This document shows positions 1 to 24,600 of a stretch of DNA of 64,000 nucleotides, piece after piece. Position 1 is the stretch's first letter; every line of letters begins with the position of its first letter. The notes below the pieces were generated by a model. That model made no database searches and had not been told where the DNA came from. It saw only the letters and a program-made list of their open reading frames with translations. The position numbers and the translations under genes are program-made. Source of the DNA: Macrostomum lignano (Eukaryota); the NCBI GenBank assembly GCA_002269645.1, contig NIVC01003174.1, positions 50,161-114,160 on the forward strand, given 5' to 3'.

Positions 1-129
1 TCAGTGGCCCACTTTGCCGGATAGTTTGAGGCCTCCTGGAAGAACAGATGGACACAGTACTTTGGCAAAATGCTAACATGCTGACTTTGGCAAAGTGCGA
101 GCATGGAGTTAAATAAAACCGCTCCTCAC

Positions 130-3100
130 CACTGAAAGTACCGCCTTCCGTCGTACACCCCATCGTGCTTGCCCTCCTCGTGGTCGAGCTCCACACCGAG
201 GTACACGTCGTTCCTGCCCGGCAGGCGGCCAATATAGTGCACGAGGCCCTTGGAGATTCGGCCGCCCTGTCTGGTGAACTTCACCAGATCGCCGGTTCGA
301 ATGTCGTTGTGCCGTTTCGGCGCAAACGGATGCCGGCCTAAGGTGGAGAACGGGCTGACGACGCCACCCTCCGGCTGCTGCGGCTGCTGGCGCCGGGTAG
401 GCGGCGACGGGGGCGTCAGGGGAGGCGACAGCGGAGGCGACGGCGGCCGCCTTTCTAGAGCCTTGCCAGTCGACCGGTAGACGGCCAGACTGGAGCTGGA
501 GCGGGCGTGCCTGGAGCCGCCGTGCAGCTGCGACGACTGGCGCCTCGGCCTGTCGCGGCTTCCAACGGCCGCGGAAGAGGAAAAGTCCTGCGTGTACTTG
601 CTGCGGTAGCCGGCTGAAAGATTTAGTAAAGGCGTTGCTATGGTTACCTTGAATACCTTCTCGATGATTTTGTTTTTCGTTAGCTAACTTTATCTCAATA
701 CTCTTTTTATGAAAGAAAACATTTTTCCAGTTCCATGAGAGTTTTTTCTAGGAAAATTCTACCTTTGTTGTCTAGAAACTCTTATCCAGGAATATTGCTA
801 CTAGAAATCTTCCCTGTACAGTATTTGGGACATTAGGATTTTCTTCTGGCATGAAAACAGATTGATAAACAGTATCAAATTCTTCACCTTTGCCAGCGTC
901 GAGGCCTTCAAACTCCCGTTCGACATCGGTGAGTATCGTGTCCGTCGATTCGCCCGAATCGTCAGCTGGCGCGGCCGCCGCAGTCCCGTTGCCGCCGACC
1001 GGATCCGCGGCGCCTGAAAGCGACAACGGCGGAACAATCGGGTGTCGCTTCTTCAACGTCTGCGCGGAGTCCTGCTTGGCTGGCGACCGGGAGCGCGAGT
1101 GCCGGTCCAGGGTGGCCGAGGCTGTCAGTTCGAACGGCTGCTCGTAGCGCTGATAGCTGCGCGCCTCGAACTGGGGCCGCGGCTGTTGCTGCTGCTGGCG
1201 GCTCGCTGATATGGCTAGCGGATTGGAGGGAGAAATAGAACAGGCCAATGAGAATTGAGAAATGCAGTCTTCCACAGCTAGAGCAGCCAAAAAGAGACAG
1301 ACAAAAGAGACGCGGAGGAAGGGGGTGGGACGTCTCCCATTATTATATTAGCCAACTAGAGACACGAATGGAGGTGAGCGTCTTCCTTGACCAGAACAGC
1401 CTATAAGAGACGCGGAGGGAGGTGGGCGTCTTCCTTGACCAGAACAGCCAATAAGAGACGCAGAGGGAGGTGGGCGTCTTCCTTGACCGGAGCAACCAAT
1501 AAGAGAAGCTGAGGGAGGTGGGCGCCTTGACCGCAATAGCCAATAAGAAACGCGGAGGCAGTAGAGGGACACGCCTAATGACATACTAGGCTTTTATAAT
1601 GAATTATAAGAAAAAACATTGACAGGATGCTACGAGTAATACCTAAAATAAGAAATATAGGATTTTGCTAGATAAGAAGGAGAAACAACGAAAGGAAAAA
1701 TAATATTTGCACTATTGTAACGTAATTAGCGCATTGAAGACGCAGCGTTCAACATCAGAATGAAAACAAAAATTAGGGAAAGCGCTGCTGTACCGGACAA
1801 AGCGCTTTCTGAAAACGTTTGGATCCGGTCCTTTATTAAAGGTTACTTTTTTAATTCGTATGTTTACATCGAGAAAGTATCGAATTTACCCTTCAAGTGG
1901 TAATCTTAGAATGAATCTGGGTATTAAATGGCTGCGTTTATTGTATAGTAAAAGCCAAATATTATTGTATTGGCCAAGTAGCTGGCGACCCGCGCCAGCA
2001 ACTCACAGCTGACATCGGCTATGGACACGGCTCGAAAGCCGGAGTCCAGCCCGCGATGTGGCTGGCTCAGTGAAGCTCTGCTGGCTGAGTCTGCAATTAT
2101 TTATACGGACGTTGCCTGTGGTCCGACGTCTTCTTGTGCTTCAAGTCCAGTTCTGGCTGCGACCTTTTCTTTCTAGTTTGAGATACTATTTAGAAAATCA
2201 AATGAGACAGGGGGTAGAGGGAAACCCCAAGAATAGACAATGGGGTAGAGGGGAAACTCCAAAGATAAACAAGAGAGACGGGGAGCCCCAAGAACAGACA
2301 AGAGGGGGAACCCCAAGGATAGACGGGGGTAGAGGGGGAACTCCAAGGATAGACGGGGGTAGAGGGGGGAACCCCAAGGATAGACGGGGGTAAGAGGGGG
2401 AACCCCCAGTATAGACAGGGGTAGAGGGGGAACCCCAAGGAAAGACATGGGATAGACAAGGATAGAGAAGGGAAAAGTGTGACCCATTAAATGCATAGTA
2501 GTACTTACAAAGAAGTAGTACGTACGAAGTTTGTTAATAGTACAAAAAATCAATTACAAAGAATTTGAAGCAAATTGAAATGCGTAACTGCCGGTTTTTC
2601 ACTTTAACGAATAATCATCGGCTTGATTAAGAGTGGACACTCGATTGACAGGAAATTCTTCCACATGCATGTACGAAGCGGCAATGTTCTCTCACCTCCG
2701 AGACTGCCGCCTACGCCATCGTAATACAGCGCGCGATGATGGAAGCTGGACAGGGAAGAGTCGGTTCCGTGGGTCCCGGCTTGCAGGCGTCGGTTCTCCT
2801 GCATCAGCAGGTTGTTCCTCTCACTGAGGGCGTCCATCTCGGTGCGCAGGCCGCCGACCTCGTCGCGCAAATATGACATGTCTGGCCGCTCTTTCTGGCG
2901 CAGACGCGTCACCTGGATATAGGGAATTTCACCTGTTACTGAGGATATCGCACCGGATAGAGCCTGGAGGTCTCGAATTCGATTCCTATTGAGGCTTAAG
3001 AGTTCGCTTGCTAAATCACATGGCCTCAAGAAAGCATACCGGTAAATGTTTTGCCCGACCCCACCTCTGGCCTGCCCAAAACCCCGCTTCACCTCTCCCT

Positions 3101-6100
3101 CGGCCCACCCCACCATCCTGCCTCACCCCAAGGACGACTAAAGTAATATACAATCTATACTTTAGTAGTCCTTGCCCAACCCCACATCGCCAGCCAATCT
3201 CACCCCGCCTCCGGTCTGCCGCACCCCACCATCCTACCCCACCCAACGCCGCCAGCCAATCTCACCCCGCCTCCGGTCTGCCGCGCCCCACCATCCTACC
3301 CCACCCAACGCCGCCAGCCTATCTCACTCCGCCTCCGCCTTGCCCCGCTCCCCTGCCCCGCCCCGCCTCCGGGGCCTCCCCCTCGCTGATTGGCCAGCCA
3401 GACTGTACCATTTTCCTACTACTCATTCGATGCTAAAATCCTGTTAAAAAATCTTAAACTGGAGAGTTAAGGCGCAAACTGAGTGCGGCTAACTTAACCC
3501 AGCAAATCGAACCCATGGACTTTTTCAGGTGGCAAACCGAATGCCTTCAAATACCTCATTGCGCAGCACCCGATTCTCCACCGTCAGCTCTTCGACGGTG
3601 GCTCTCAGCCGACTGTCTGAGGCGGGACTCCAGCTGGGCAGGTTGTTGCTGATCTGCTGTTGCTGCTTCTGTTGCTGCTGCTGCGGAGACTGGCCACCGG
3701 CGCTGCTCTGCCTCATCGTTTCGTTGGCTTCGTGCAGGTCGGCAATCTGCTGTTCCAGATCAACTAGAAAGTGGCATAGTGTAGTTGCAATTCAATTAGA
3801 AATTGCTTTCTGAAAAAAGCTACTTTTATTACTTACTAGTAGGATAGCGAGGTTAAGTCTTTAAAATAAAAAACCGTGTCTTATTTAGTTGGGGGCTTCC
3901 AACTGTGCCGTACCCCAGTGAGCCCCTGTGCTCTCAAAGATGCTCATCTACGATTGAGTAGCCACTTATGCGACCTTCTAACTGTCAGCTTAGTCGTCGC
4001 TGCCATTTTCTTTCTTTACCCAAGCGGTCTCAACTGCACCGGCCTCAAGCTTCCGCTGAGGAGGCCTCGTGAGTCACAGATGCCTCTGTTATGTCGCTCT
4101 CTCTCTCACTTTCTCTCACAGCTTTTTCCTCCTAGCCAGTCGCAATTGAGTCGGCGGGTTATTGCCAACGATGAGCAAACAGAGCGGCCCACGTCCCCCG
4201 TTGACGAGCTCCGCTGAGCAAACTCAACGGGAGACGGGACGAGCGGAGCGGCAGGTCAGCGGTTGAGTTGAGCAACTCAGTTTAATGAAATTGAGAGAGT
4301 GAGAGAAATATTGAGGCCCGATGGAGAGAGGCTGAGCAGACTTAATCGTTAAAAATTTACAGCACACCCAAAGCCTGTGGCAGCCATAAACTGCTGCTGT
4401 CAATGAAGCCACTCAGAATTGCAATTTGAAAACCATAAAACAGCTTCCTAAACGTCCCTTCCTCCCGCTGGGAATAGGGATCACTATTTAGAAATTTTAT
4501 TCAGCAAATTGTTGTTCATTGATGATTGACGAGAAGTCTTCGGAGTCGGCACAGGAGGGAGAATCCTCTAGTAGTAGTAAGAGATTGGCTTGGAATTTCT
4601 TTAGGATTTTCTACTCACTGATGCGCCGCTTCAGTGCAGCCGGACTGTCGGGGTCGAACTCTGGTAGGCCAGGGTGCTGCTGCTGCGGCTGGGCCGACGG
4701 CTGCTGCTTTTGCAATTGAAGCGACTCAACCTGCAATCGAAGCTGCTGCATCTCAGTTGCCATGGTTTCCTTTTCAAACAGCAGCCGATCCAGGAGTCGC
4801 TGCGACTCGTCCGAGTCCAGCCGGGGCCGGTCGGCCGACGCGCCGTCCGCCGTAGTGCCGTTCGAGTCGCCTCCGGCAGTGGCAGCTGCGGTGGCCCGGC
4901 TTAGCGAGGCCTGCAGGCGCCGATTCTCTTCTAGAAGGTCGTCAACTCGACGCTGGAGTCGCTGCTGGTCAGGTAGCAACTGCTGATGCTGCAGTTCTGG
5001 CTGCTTACGCTGAGCAGTGGCTGAGTGAGCAGCTGCATCCTCTTCAAGTGCTCGCTGAAAATCAAAGTTTGATTGGCGATAAGCGGCACGTGCAGGAGGG
5101 CCCGAGTCGGCTAGAGTCATTGCTGGCTAACAGTTTGAGGGATCTCTGCTGGCTCAGTTGTCCGCTTTCCAGGCTGAATGCGCTTATTTAGCGATCTAGC
5201 AGAAACTTCTCTGGTAGCAATAGCGGATAATGCGACTGCGCAGATTCCATTGGAGTTTCTTTTGATATTTTTAACTTCCTGTTTTTTTAAAGCCTTATAA
5301 ACGTTTGAAGCTGATTGAGAGTTTTGATGCAACTACACTGAGTAGTGCGCAAGTCTGAGAGAACAGCAATAGGCCAAGAACTACTCGGGGGTTACATTCG
5401 CATTTTTAGATTTACGCTCGTAATATAGAACTTTTTAAACTTCAGTTTGAGTCTTTCGAATCTAGTGGATCTTAAAATTTTTTTGGAAGTGATCTTTTGA
5501 ATTTAATTATTCACACGTTGATCTTATACAACGTAGACAATTGAATGGGGCACTAAAGGGGCCAAATGTTAAGTACAGGCAGCACTAGAAGTCACAAATG
5601 ATTATTTTTATGGTCACCCATAATAGCTAGGGTAACCTTCAAAGGTAACATCTATGAGCGTAACATCTATAATAATATAATTGATTACACCTGGCCCCAA
5701 TTGGGCCAGATGTGCAACCGACAGCTCAGCCGCAGCTATTACGCGGCGCATCTGAAGGCTGTTCAGTCCATGGACTGGGGGTCGTCCCATACACCCTCAA
5801 TTACCCAAGCTAATGCTGGCACCAATTTTATAGCTGGGTGAACTGAAGCAATTTCTCAAGGACACAAGTTGTTACATTGGGATCGGGAATCGAATCCCCG
5901 ACCTTTATGTCGTGAGTCCGACGCTCTAAGCACTCCCTGCAATCGCTAGGATACTGTATATCAATTTATGATTTGGAGCATTTAAACTTACAGAAACTGT
6001 TCTGATATCAACGCGACTTCCTCCTTTGCTGCTGCTGCCACCGTTTTCGCTACCACCCAGAGCTTGTTTTGGCGGATGTGGCGGCGGAGATGGAGACACC

Positions 6101-6378
6101 GAGGCGCTGCCACCTCGCTGATGGCGTCGATCGCGCTCGATTTCAGCGTCTAAATCGAGGAGCAGCTGCTCGGCTCGTGACATACGCGATCTGGGCCTGT
6201 CGTCCGGCTTGACTGGCGACGCCGGCCGTCTCTCAGGAGACGACAGCGACGAAGACTGCTTAATTGGTGACGCAGGATGTCCCTCGGAGGCGGCTTCGGG
6301 AGGGTGATAGCCATTTGAATTGGAGGAGACTGTGACGGCGGCCGCCACGGTAGATTCTTCTTGCGCTGCGGAACTCAT
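130..6378 (-). CDS. Coiled-coil protein with C-terminal CAP-Gly domain, 3' end outside window. Exons: 6378-5992, 5126-4619, 3763-3555, 2912-2696, ~1277(or ~1214)-888, 613-130
   Basis: GT-AG junctions with compatible phases (0,1,0,1,1). Middle exons are heptad-like (RLQRRVDDLLEENRRLQ; LRATVEELTVENRVLRNE). Exon 613-130 translates to GDLVKFTRQGGRISKGLVHYIGRLPGRNDVYLGVELDHEEGKHDGVYDGRRYFQC, the CAP-Gly GVELD...GKHDG...G.RYF.C signature. Confidence 0.8.
1310..1560. repeat. Intronic minisatellite, ~48-bp unit, ~5 degenerate copies
   Basis: Repeated aataagagacgcggagggaggtgggcgtcttccttgaccagaacagcc. Confidence 0.85.
2200..2470. repeat. Intronic G-rich minisatellite, ~30-bp unit
   Basis: Repeated gggggtagagggggaaccccaaggatagac. 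Confidence 0.85.
3060..3380. repeat. C-rich degenerate tandem duplication in intron
   Basis: cgccagccaatctcaccccgcctccggtctgccgc..ccccaccatcctacccc present 2-3 times. Confidence 0.7.
5671..5934 (-). mobile_element. tRNA-derived SINE with CORE-like central domain, copy 1
   Basis: Near-identical to 22445-22724 and to the reverse complement of 36150-36430; the high-coordinate end is a reversed tRNA-like head. Confidence 0.8.
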
Positions 6379-8923
6379 GCTTGTCTTTCGGCTGGCATGT
6401 TATGACTCAGTCTGGAAGAAATTGGACAAAAATTCTTTAGATGCTCTGTGACTTCTAACACATATTAACGCATACATATATTCATGTCTAAATATCAGAT
6501 GCATTACAAGCTGTTACAGATCTAGCATGTATCAAGAAAAGTTGTTATAAAATTTCCAAAATATTAGTTAAGTAGGTATTTTAAAAATATTTTTTACAAA
6601 TAAACAACAATTTAGCTAAGAGATAAAACATTTTTGGAACAAAAAACAGGAATTGATTCCCAAAGCTATAAGGCCATTGTAAAAATACAAAATATAATGC
6701 TTTTTTGCGTTATAAGGGATTACATTAAGTATATAAGTGATAAATATATAATGAATAGATATTATGAATAATTTCCCTCTAGAGATTTAGCTCCAGACTT
6801 ATTTAAATTCGATACACTAAATTACATCATAGTGGTGCTCTACCTTACGTCTGCACTGGTAAAAAAGAACTAAGTCTAATCAAATAGCAACTATACATTG
6901 CATGAAAACACCCAACCCAGAGGTTCTATTATATATTTCTGAAAGGCAAGCTTTCTGGATAAGTATATAATTAATTGCTTATAAAAGAAAATTATTGATT
7001 ACCAGTTCCGTCTAGTCGTTGCAGTTTGAAGTTCGTGAATTTAAAAAATATTCGTGTTAAAAATGTTCGAATGTGAGTTTTGTTTGACCATATAACAATA
7101 GTTGAAATACTTTCTTACACTTTATGTTAAAAAAACACCTTTATTATTCAAAAAATGCATTTTAAACTCTTGTGATGACTATTATATCAAGTTAGTGATT
7201 TTTTGTAATTGCAAAATTTGATATAACTTAAAAAAATTGTATCTTTTGCTCTTTCAAATCTAAACTTTACACGAAATCATCTGAACCATTTAAAGTTGAC
7301 GGTGGCATATTTGACTCAATTGAGACTTGATCGGTTCTTGAGTTCTTCTCTGCTATCATTCTGGTGTGTACTGATGCGCAATAATGTAGTTAACTCTATA
7401 CTGAGTAATTCGAGATCCTATTCATTTATATCACATTTGATTGGCATACTTATTTTTACAATGGCGGCATTCATTACTATCTGTCTGCACTTTACAGTCT
7501 GCAATACCAATTTTGCTTGGAAATATCCAAAAGTTCAACTGCAAATACTAGTAGCATAATGTCTGTTGATTAAGTAGGTATCATAGGCAATATCAAAATT
7601 ATATTTTAAATAAAGTATACCTGATTGAAATCTGCATATATTGCCCTATATTCTTCTATTGCCCTAAGCCTAAACAAAGTTAACTTGTAGCTCACAGTCA
7701 TAGTAAAACTTTATGAAGATGTAAATTCTTTGGTCTTGTTTTTTATAGCTGTTATGTTATTGATTATTTGGATTTATAGAAATATTTTACTTAAATATTT
7801 TTTAGTTTGTATCTAAAATATTTCCCTATTCTTGACCACTTAATAGACTAATAGTTAGTATAAACTTAATATTATAAAAAGTCTTTAGGCCTATTCAAAT
7901 GAAACAAAATTATAGGCCTAATTATCTTATATAACATAAATATTAAAGCTTGTTACTTTGTCAGTTTGTTTTTATCATTTTTATTTTGTTAATAAAAACC
8001 TAAAAATTAATTTGATTTTAGGTAAGGTTGTTTACTTTGATAGTAAGAGGAATAAGAATACAATAATCAACATGTGAAGAAAGCAATTTTTTAGAGATTC
8101 TATTATGTATTACCATATATGTGTAATACTTAGCCAAGCTAGCCATCTAGCCAATTGGTAAGGGGCCCAGTCAAGCCTATGCTAAGGTAAATTGAAAAAA
8201 TGCTCTCATATAAATATGAATATAATACTAATTAGATGACAATTCATTTAGCCTAGGAAATATAGTCAAATCTGCTTTTGCCATTTATCTAAAATTACTT
8301 TAATTTTTACTTAGGTTTCTTTTATATAGACATAGGTATATTATATTTTTGGTCAAAAAGTAAATTGCATGGCTAGTATAAACTAGGGGGATTGCTCATG
8401 CATCTTAATTACAATATATTTTGCACACCTAGCTGCATTATTAGATATATTATGATTAAAAGCAAAGAATTTTCATTACTAGTAATAAATTTATATTTTT
8501 TGAGCATATATAAGATTTATTTACTCATATATCCTTTTTGTTTAATAATATTTATTTAAAGCTGATATTTGTCATTGTGATTTTATAGTATAATATAGGC
8601 CTTGATACCATAATTACATTACATTAAATAGTAATTGTTTGTTTTATATATATAATATATCAATACGAAATATTAAAGTATTAGATATTTTTACAACTAT
8701 AATAAACTAGGGAATAAGCGTTTAGTATACTATAATATGATTAACATGATTGTAAAAATTACCTTTGTATTTAACTATGATATTATTGATTTTCTAATTT
8801 CCAGACTATTTATAATCAGTTGTAAAGAATAACCTCTATCAATTCTAACTAGTTTAGTCATCGAGACATCATTGTTGGCTTGTCAACTTCAGTTATTAAT
8901 TACTGAAGTTACCAACTATCAAG

Positions 8924-20878
<11,955 letters not shown>

Positions 20879-21401
20879 CCTGGAATAATCTGTTCGAAGT
20901 TAATACAATTGGATTAACGATTATTACGCAAAAAATTATTAAGCATTTTTATAATTCACTTACTGCCATTAGGAAGCTCAATGTTCTTTTTTACACTTGG
21001 CCCGGCTGATTGGCGAAATGCATTTTCTATTTTTTACTATATTGTTTATGATATATATCGCTGTCTTTAATGCCAACTAATGCAATAAGGGTGCTGTCTT
21101 GACTCATGACTCAACTCCTAAGTTTTACTGGTTAACAACTAATCAAGTTTATTAATTAACTTTAATTACTCTGAATTTATATTTCACCATGCAAGCATTT
21201 GCATTATATTAATGTTATTTTTCTATTGTGTACTGTGTTTTCTACGCTAATAGTGTACTGCGTTCTGTTCTGCCTGTTTGAATTCTCAAGCTTATTAAAG
21301 CATTTTTTAACCAGCTGTTGCAATATATAGACCGGTTTATAAACACTTTTCTATATCTTAACACTTCGTGCTTCACGGTTTTCATTCAATTTGGCTGCCT
21401 A

Positions 21402-21402
<1 letters not shown>

Positions 21403-21462
<60 letters not shown>

Positions 21463-21465
21463 TAG

Positions 21466-21550
<85 letters not shown>

Positions 21551-21625
21551 GTCTTAGTGTCTGTCTGTCTTAATGTCTGTCTGTCTTAGTGTCTGTCTGT
21601 CTGCCTGCCTGCCTGCCTGCCTGTC
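21403..21625. repeat. (TCTG)n microsatellite between RTEL1 and PGM3
   Basis: Long tctg run ending ~60 nt before the PGM3 ATG. Confidence 0.95.
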
Positions 21626-21684
21626 TGTGTGGTCCTATGAGAGTTGAGACAGACGGCAGTCGCATTCAAAACCCGCTTTATTGC

Positions 21685-24600
21685 ATGTTGACTCAACAGT
21701 CGCATAACAGAAACTCGGCGGTGCTGCCGCCACCAGCCTCGGTTGACGCCCTAGTGAACTCCGTGTGCCAGACGGCCTGCTCCGGCGCCTACAGGCATCC
21801 GCAGCTGCATGGTCACGTGGCCTACGGCACCGCCGGCTTCCGGATGCGAGCGGACGCGGGCCAGATGGACTACATCATGTTTCGCATGGGAGTGCTGGCC
21901 GCTCTGAGGTCGCGATCTCTGCACGGGCAAGCAGTCGGCGTGATGGTGACGGCCAGCCACAATCCCGAGCATGACAACGGCGTCAAACTGGTGGAGCCCA
22001 ATGGCGACATGCTGCCGGTTGAATGGGAGCCGATCGCCAGCGGACTGGTGAACGCGATAGACACCGAGCTGAGGAATCATCTTCACGTGCTGTTGAGCAC
22101 TCTGCACGATAGCGAATTCATAACCACGGCTCAGTTTGTTGCTAGGTAGGCTTTTCCTCACTCAGCACATTTGCGTGTAAGCTACTATTCAGTTCAGTAG
22201 TAAGTTAAACAGAAGCAATTTCAAATATTTTTAAACACAATTGTCTCTTTATTGGCTCTTAAGCTTAAACCCTCCCCCATTGCTCCTTATTGCTTTCCTC
22301 GGTGGTTTCAGTCTAAAGCTGTCATGTACATTCACAGTGGCGCTGGCTAATGTACTTTGCAATTGCGCCTTGAATTCTTCCTTGCTACTGTACTGGAAGT
22401 AGTGAGCAGTTTTACTAAGTATATATGCCTGAGTAAGCTTGGGGTTGGCCCTAATTGGGCCAAATGTGCAACCGACAGCTCAGCCGCAGCTATTGCGCGG
22501 CGCATCTGAAGGTTGCGTACGGCTGTTCAGTCCAAGGACTGGGGGTGGGGGTTGCCACACACCCTAAATTACCCCAGCTAATGCTGGCACCCATTTTACA
22601 GCTGGGTGAACTGAAGCAATGCAGAGTTAAGTGTCTTGCTCAAGGACACAAATTGCTCCGAATGGGTCGGGAATCGAACCCCCGACCTTTCGGTGGTGAG
22701 TCCGACGCTCTGACCACTAGGCCAGTAGGACAGTTAACCAGTTTCACCCTCATCTCTTCCGTCCGTCCAGACGCGGCCGAGTTCTGGTCGGACACGATTC
22801 GCGCAAATCCTCGCCCAGCCTGGCCGAGGCTGTGGCCGCCGGAGTTCGCGCCTGCAATCCGGCCGGCACTGATGAAGCCGATGACGAACAGCTGGCTGTG
22901 GCTGAGCAGCTGGGCGTGCTCACAACTCCGCAGCTGCACTACATTGTGGCCTGCACCAACAACCCGGCTTACGGCCGGCCGAGCCTGTCCGGTTACGCCG
23001 AGAAACTGGCCGGCGCTTTTGTCCGACTGGCCGAGAGAAGGTCGCTAAAGGGCGGCGGCGGCGCCGGTCCTCGCAGCGTTCACATCGACGCCGCTAACGG
23101 AGTTGGCGCCGGGGCGCTGGCGCAGTTGGCGCCGCTTCTTGGCGAGCACCTGCGCCTGGTTGTGCATAATAGCGGCGATGGCGAGCTTAATTATAGGTGA
23201 CTGCACCGGGCTCACCTTGTATTTTCTACCTGCGCTTAATGTCTGTTCGTCCGTCTTTATTGCCTGATTCTTTTTTATTTGTCTGTCTTTTAATATCTGG
23301 GTTTGCCTGTCTTTTACGTTTGGTTCTCTGTCCTTTAATGTGACTGTTTCTTTGTCTTTTTATGTGTGACTGTCAGTATTTCATGTGTGCCTGTCAGTAT
23401 TTCATGAGTAGCTGTCAGTATTTCATGTGTGACTGTCAGTATTTCATGTGTGACTGTCAGTATTTCATGAGTAGCTGTCAGTATTTCATGAGTAGCTGTC
23501 AGTATTTCATGAGTAGCTGTCAGTATTTCATGTGTGACTGTCAGTATTTCATGAGTAGCTGTCAGTATTTCATAAGTAGCTGTCAGTATTTCATGAGTAG
23601 CTGTCAGTATTTCATGTGTGACTGTCAGTATTTCATGTGTGACTGTCAGTATTTCATGTGTGCCTGTCAGTATTTCATGAGTAGCTGTCAGTATTTCATG
23701 TGTGACTGTCAGTATTTCATGTGTGACTGTCAGTATTTCATGTGTGCCTGTCAGTATTTCATGTGTGCCTGTCAGTATTTCATGTGGGACTGTCAGTATT
23801 TCATAAGTAGCTGTCAGTATTTCATAAGTAGCTGTCAGTATTTCATGAGTAGCTGTCAGTATTTCATGTGTGCCTGTCAGTATTTCATGTGTGCCTGTCA
23901 GTATTTCATGTGTGCCTGTCAGTATTTCATGTGTTACTGTCAGTATTTCATGTGTGACTGTCAGTATTTCATGTGTGACTGTCAGTATTTCATGTGTGAC
24001 TGTCAGTATTTCATGTGTGCCTGTCAGTATTTCATGTGTGACTGTCAGTATTTCATGTGTGCCTGTCAGTATTTCATGAGTAGCTGTCAGTATTTCATGT
24101 GTGACTGTCAGTATTTCATGTGTGCCCCCACCCGCAGGTGCGGCGCGGACTTCGTCAAAGTGCAGATGCGCTTCCCGGAGGGCCGGGGCCTGCAGTTCGA
24201 GCCGGGGCAGCGCTGGGCTTCGTTCGATGGCGATGCTGATAGGATAATCTATTTCTACTGCGACTCCGAGGGCCAGTTCCAGGTGAGAATGAGGGGCTTC
24301 TGCTTTAAAATACAAGGCAAGATTAGAAAAAATGCAAATGAAAAAGCTGCAAATCAACAAGAAGACTGAAAATAGAAAAAAATTGAAATAATAAAACGGC
24401 TTCACATCAACAAACAGCTACAAAAAAACTCAACTTAACTAAAAAACTACAAAAATATGCCTACAAATACGAGTAAACAAAAAGCTATAAATAAAAAATT
24501 ACAAATAAACAAAAAACCCTACACAAAAAACTCTACAAGTAAACAAAAACTTACACATAAACAAAAATCAACAAATGAACAAAGAACCTTACACATAAAC

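Noticed and set aside
1990-2172. Possible extra exons of the CAP-Gly gene (acceptors near 2172 and 2090)
   Set aside because: The frames either hit stops or end in a phase incompatible with the next exon, while 2696 splices in frame directly to 1277. A short alternative terminal exon cannot be excluded.
6400-8920. AT-rich divergent intergenic region and ORF 7296-7559
   Set aside because: No coding signature, repeat or recognisable ncRNA. Probably promoter or UTR DNA, but no specific element can be supported.
22660-22724. Possible tRNA gene
   Set aside because: A and B boxes are present, but the sequence runs into a ~200-bp body shared with two other copies and lacks a convincing acceptor stem. 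It is a SINE head.
23335-24405. CQYFMCD / THEILTV repeat proteins, superficially metallothionein-like
   Set aside because: Translations of the PGM3 intron 2 array on both strands. The TCAG sites in the array are not in the phase required by the upstream donor.
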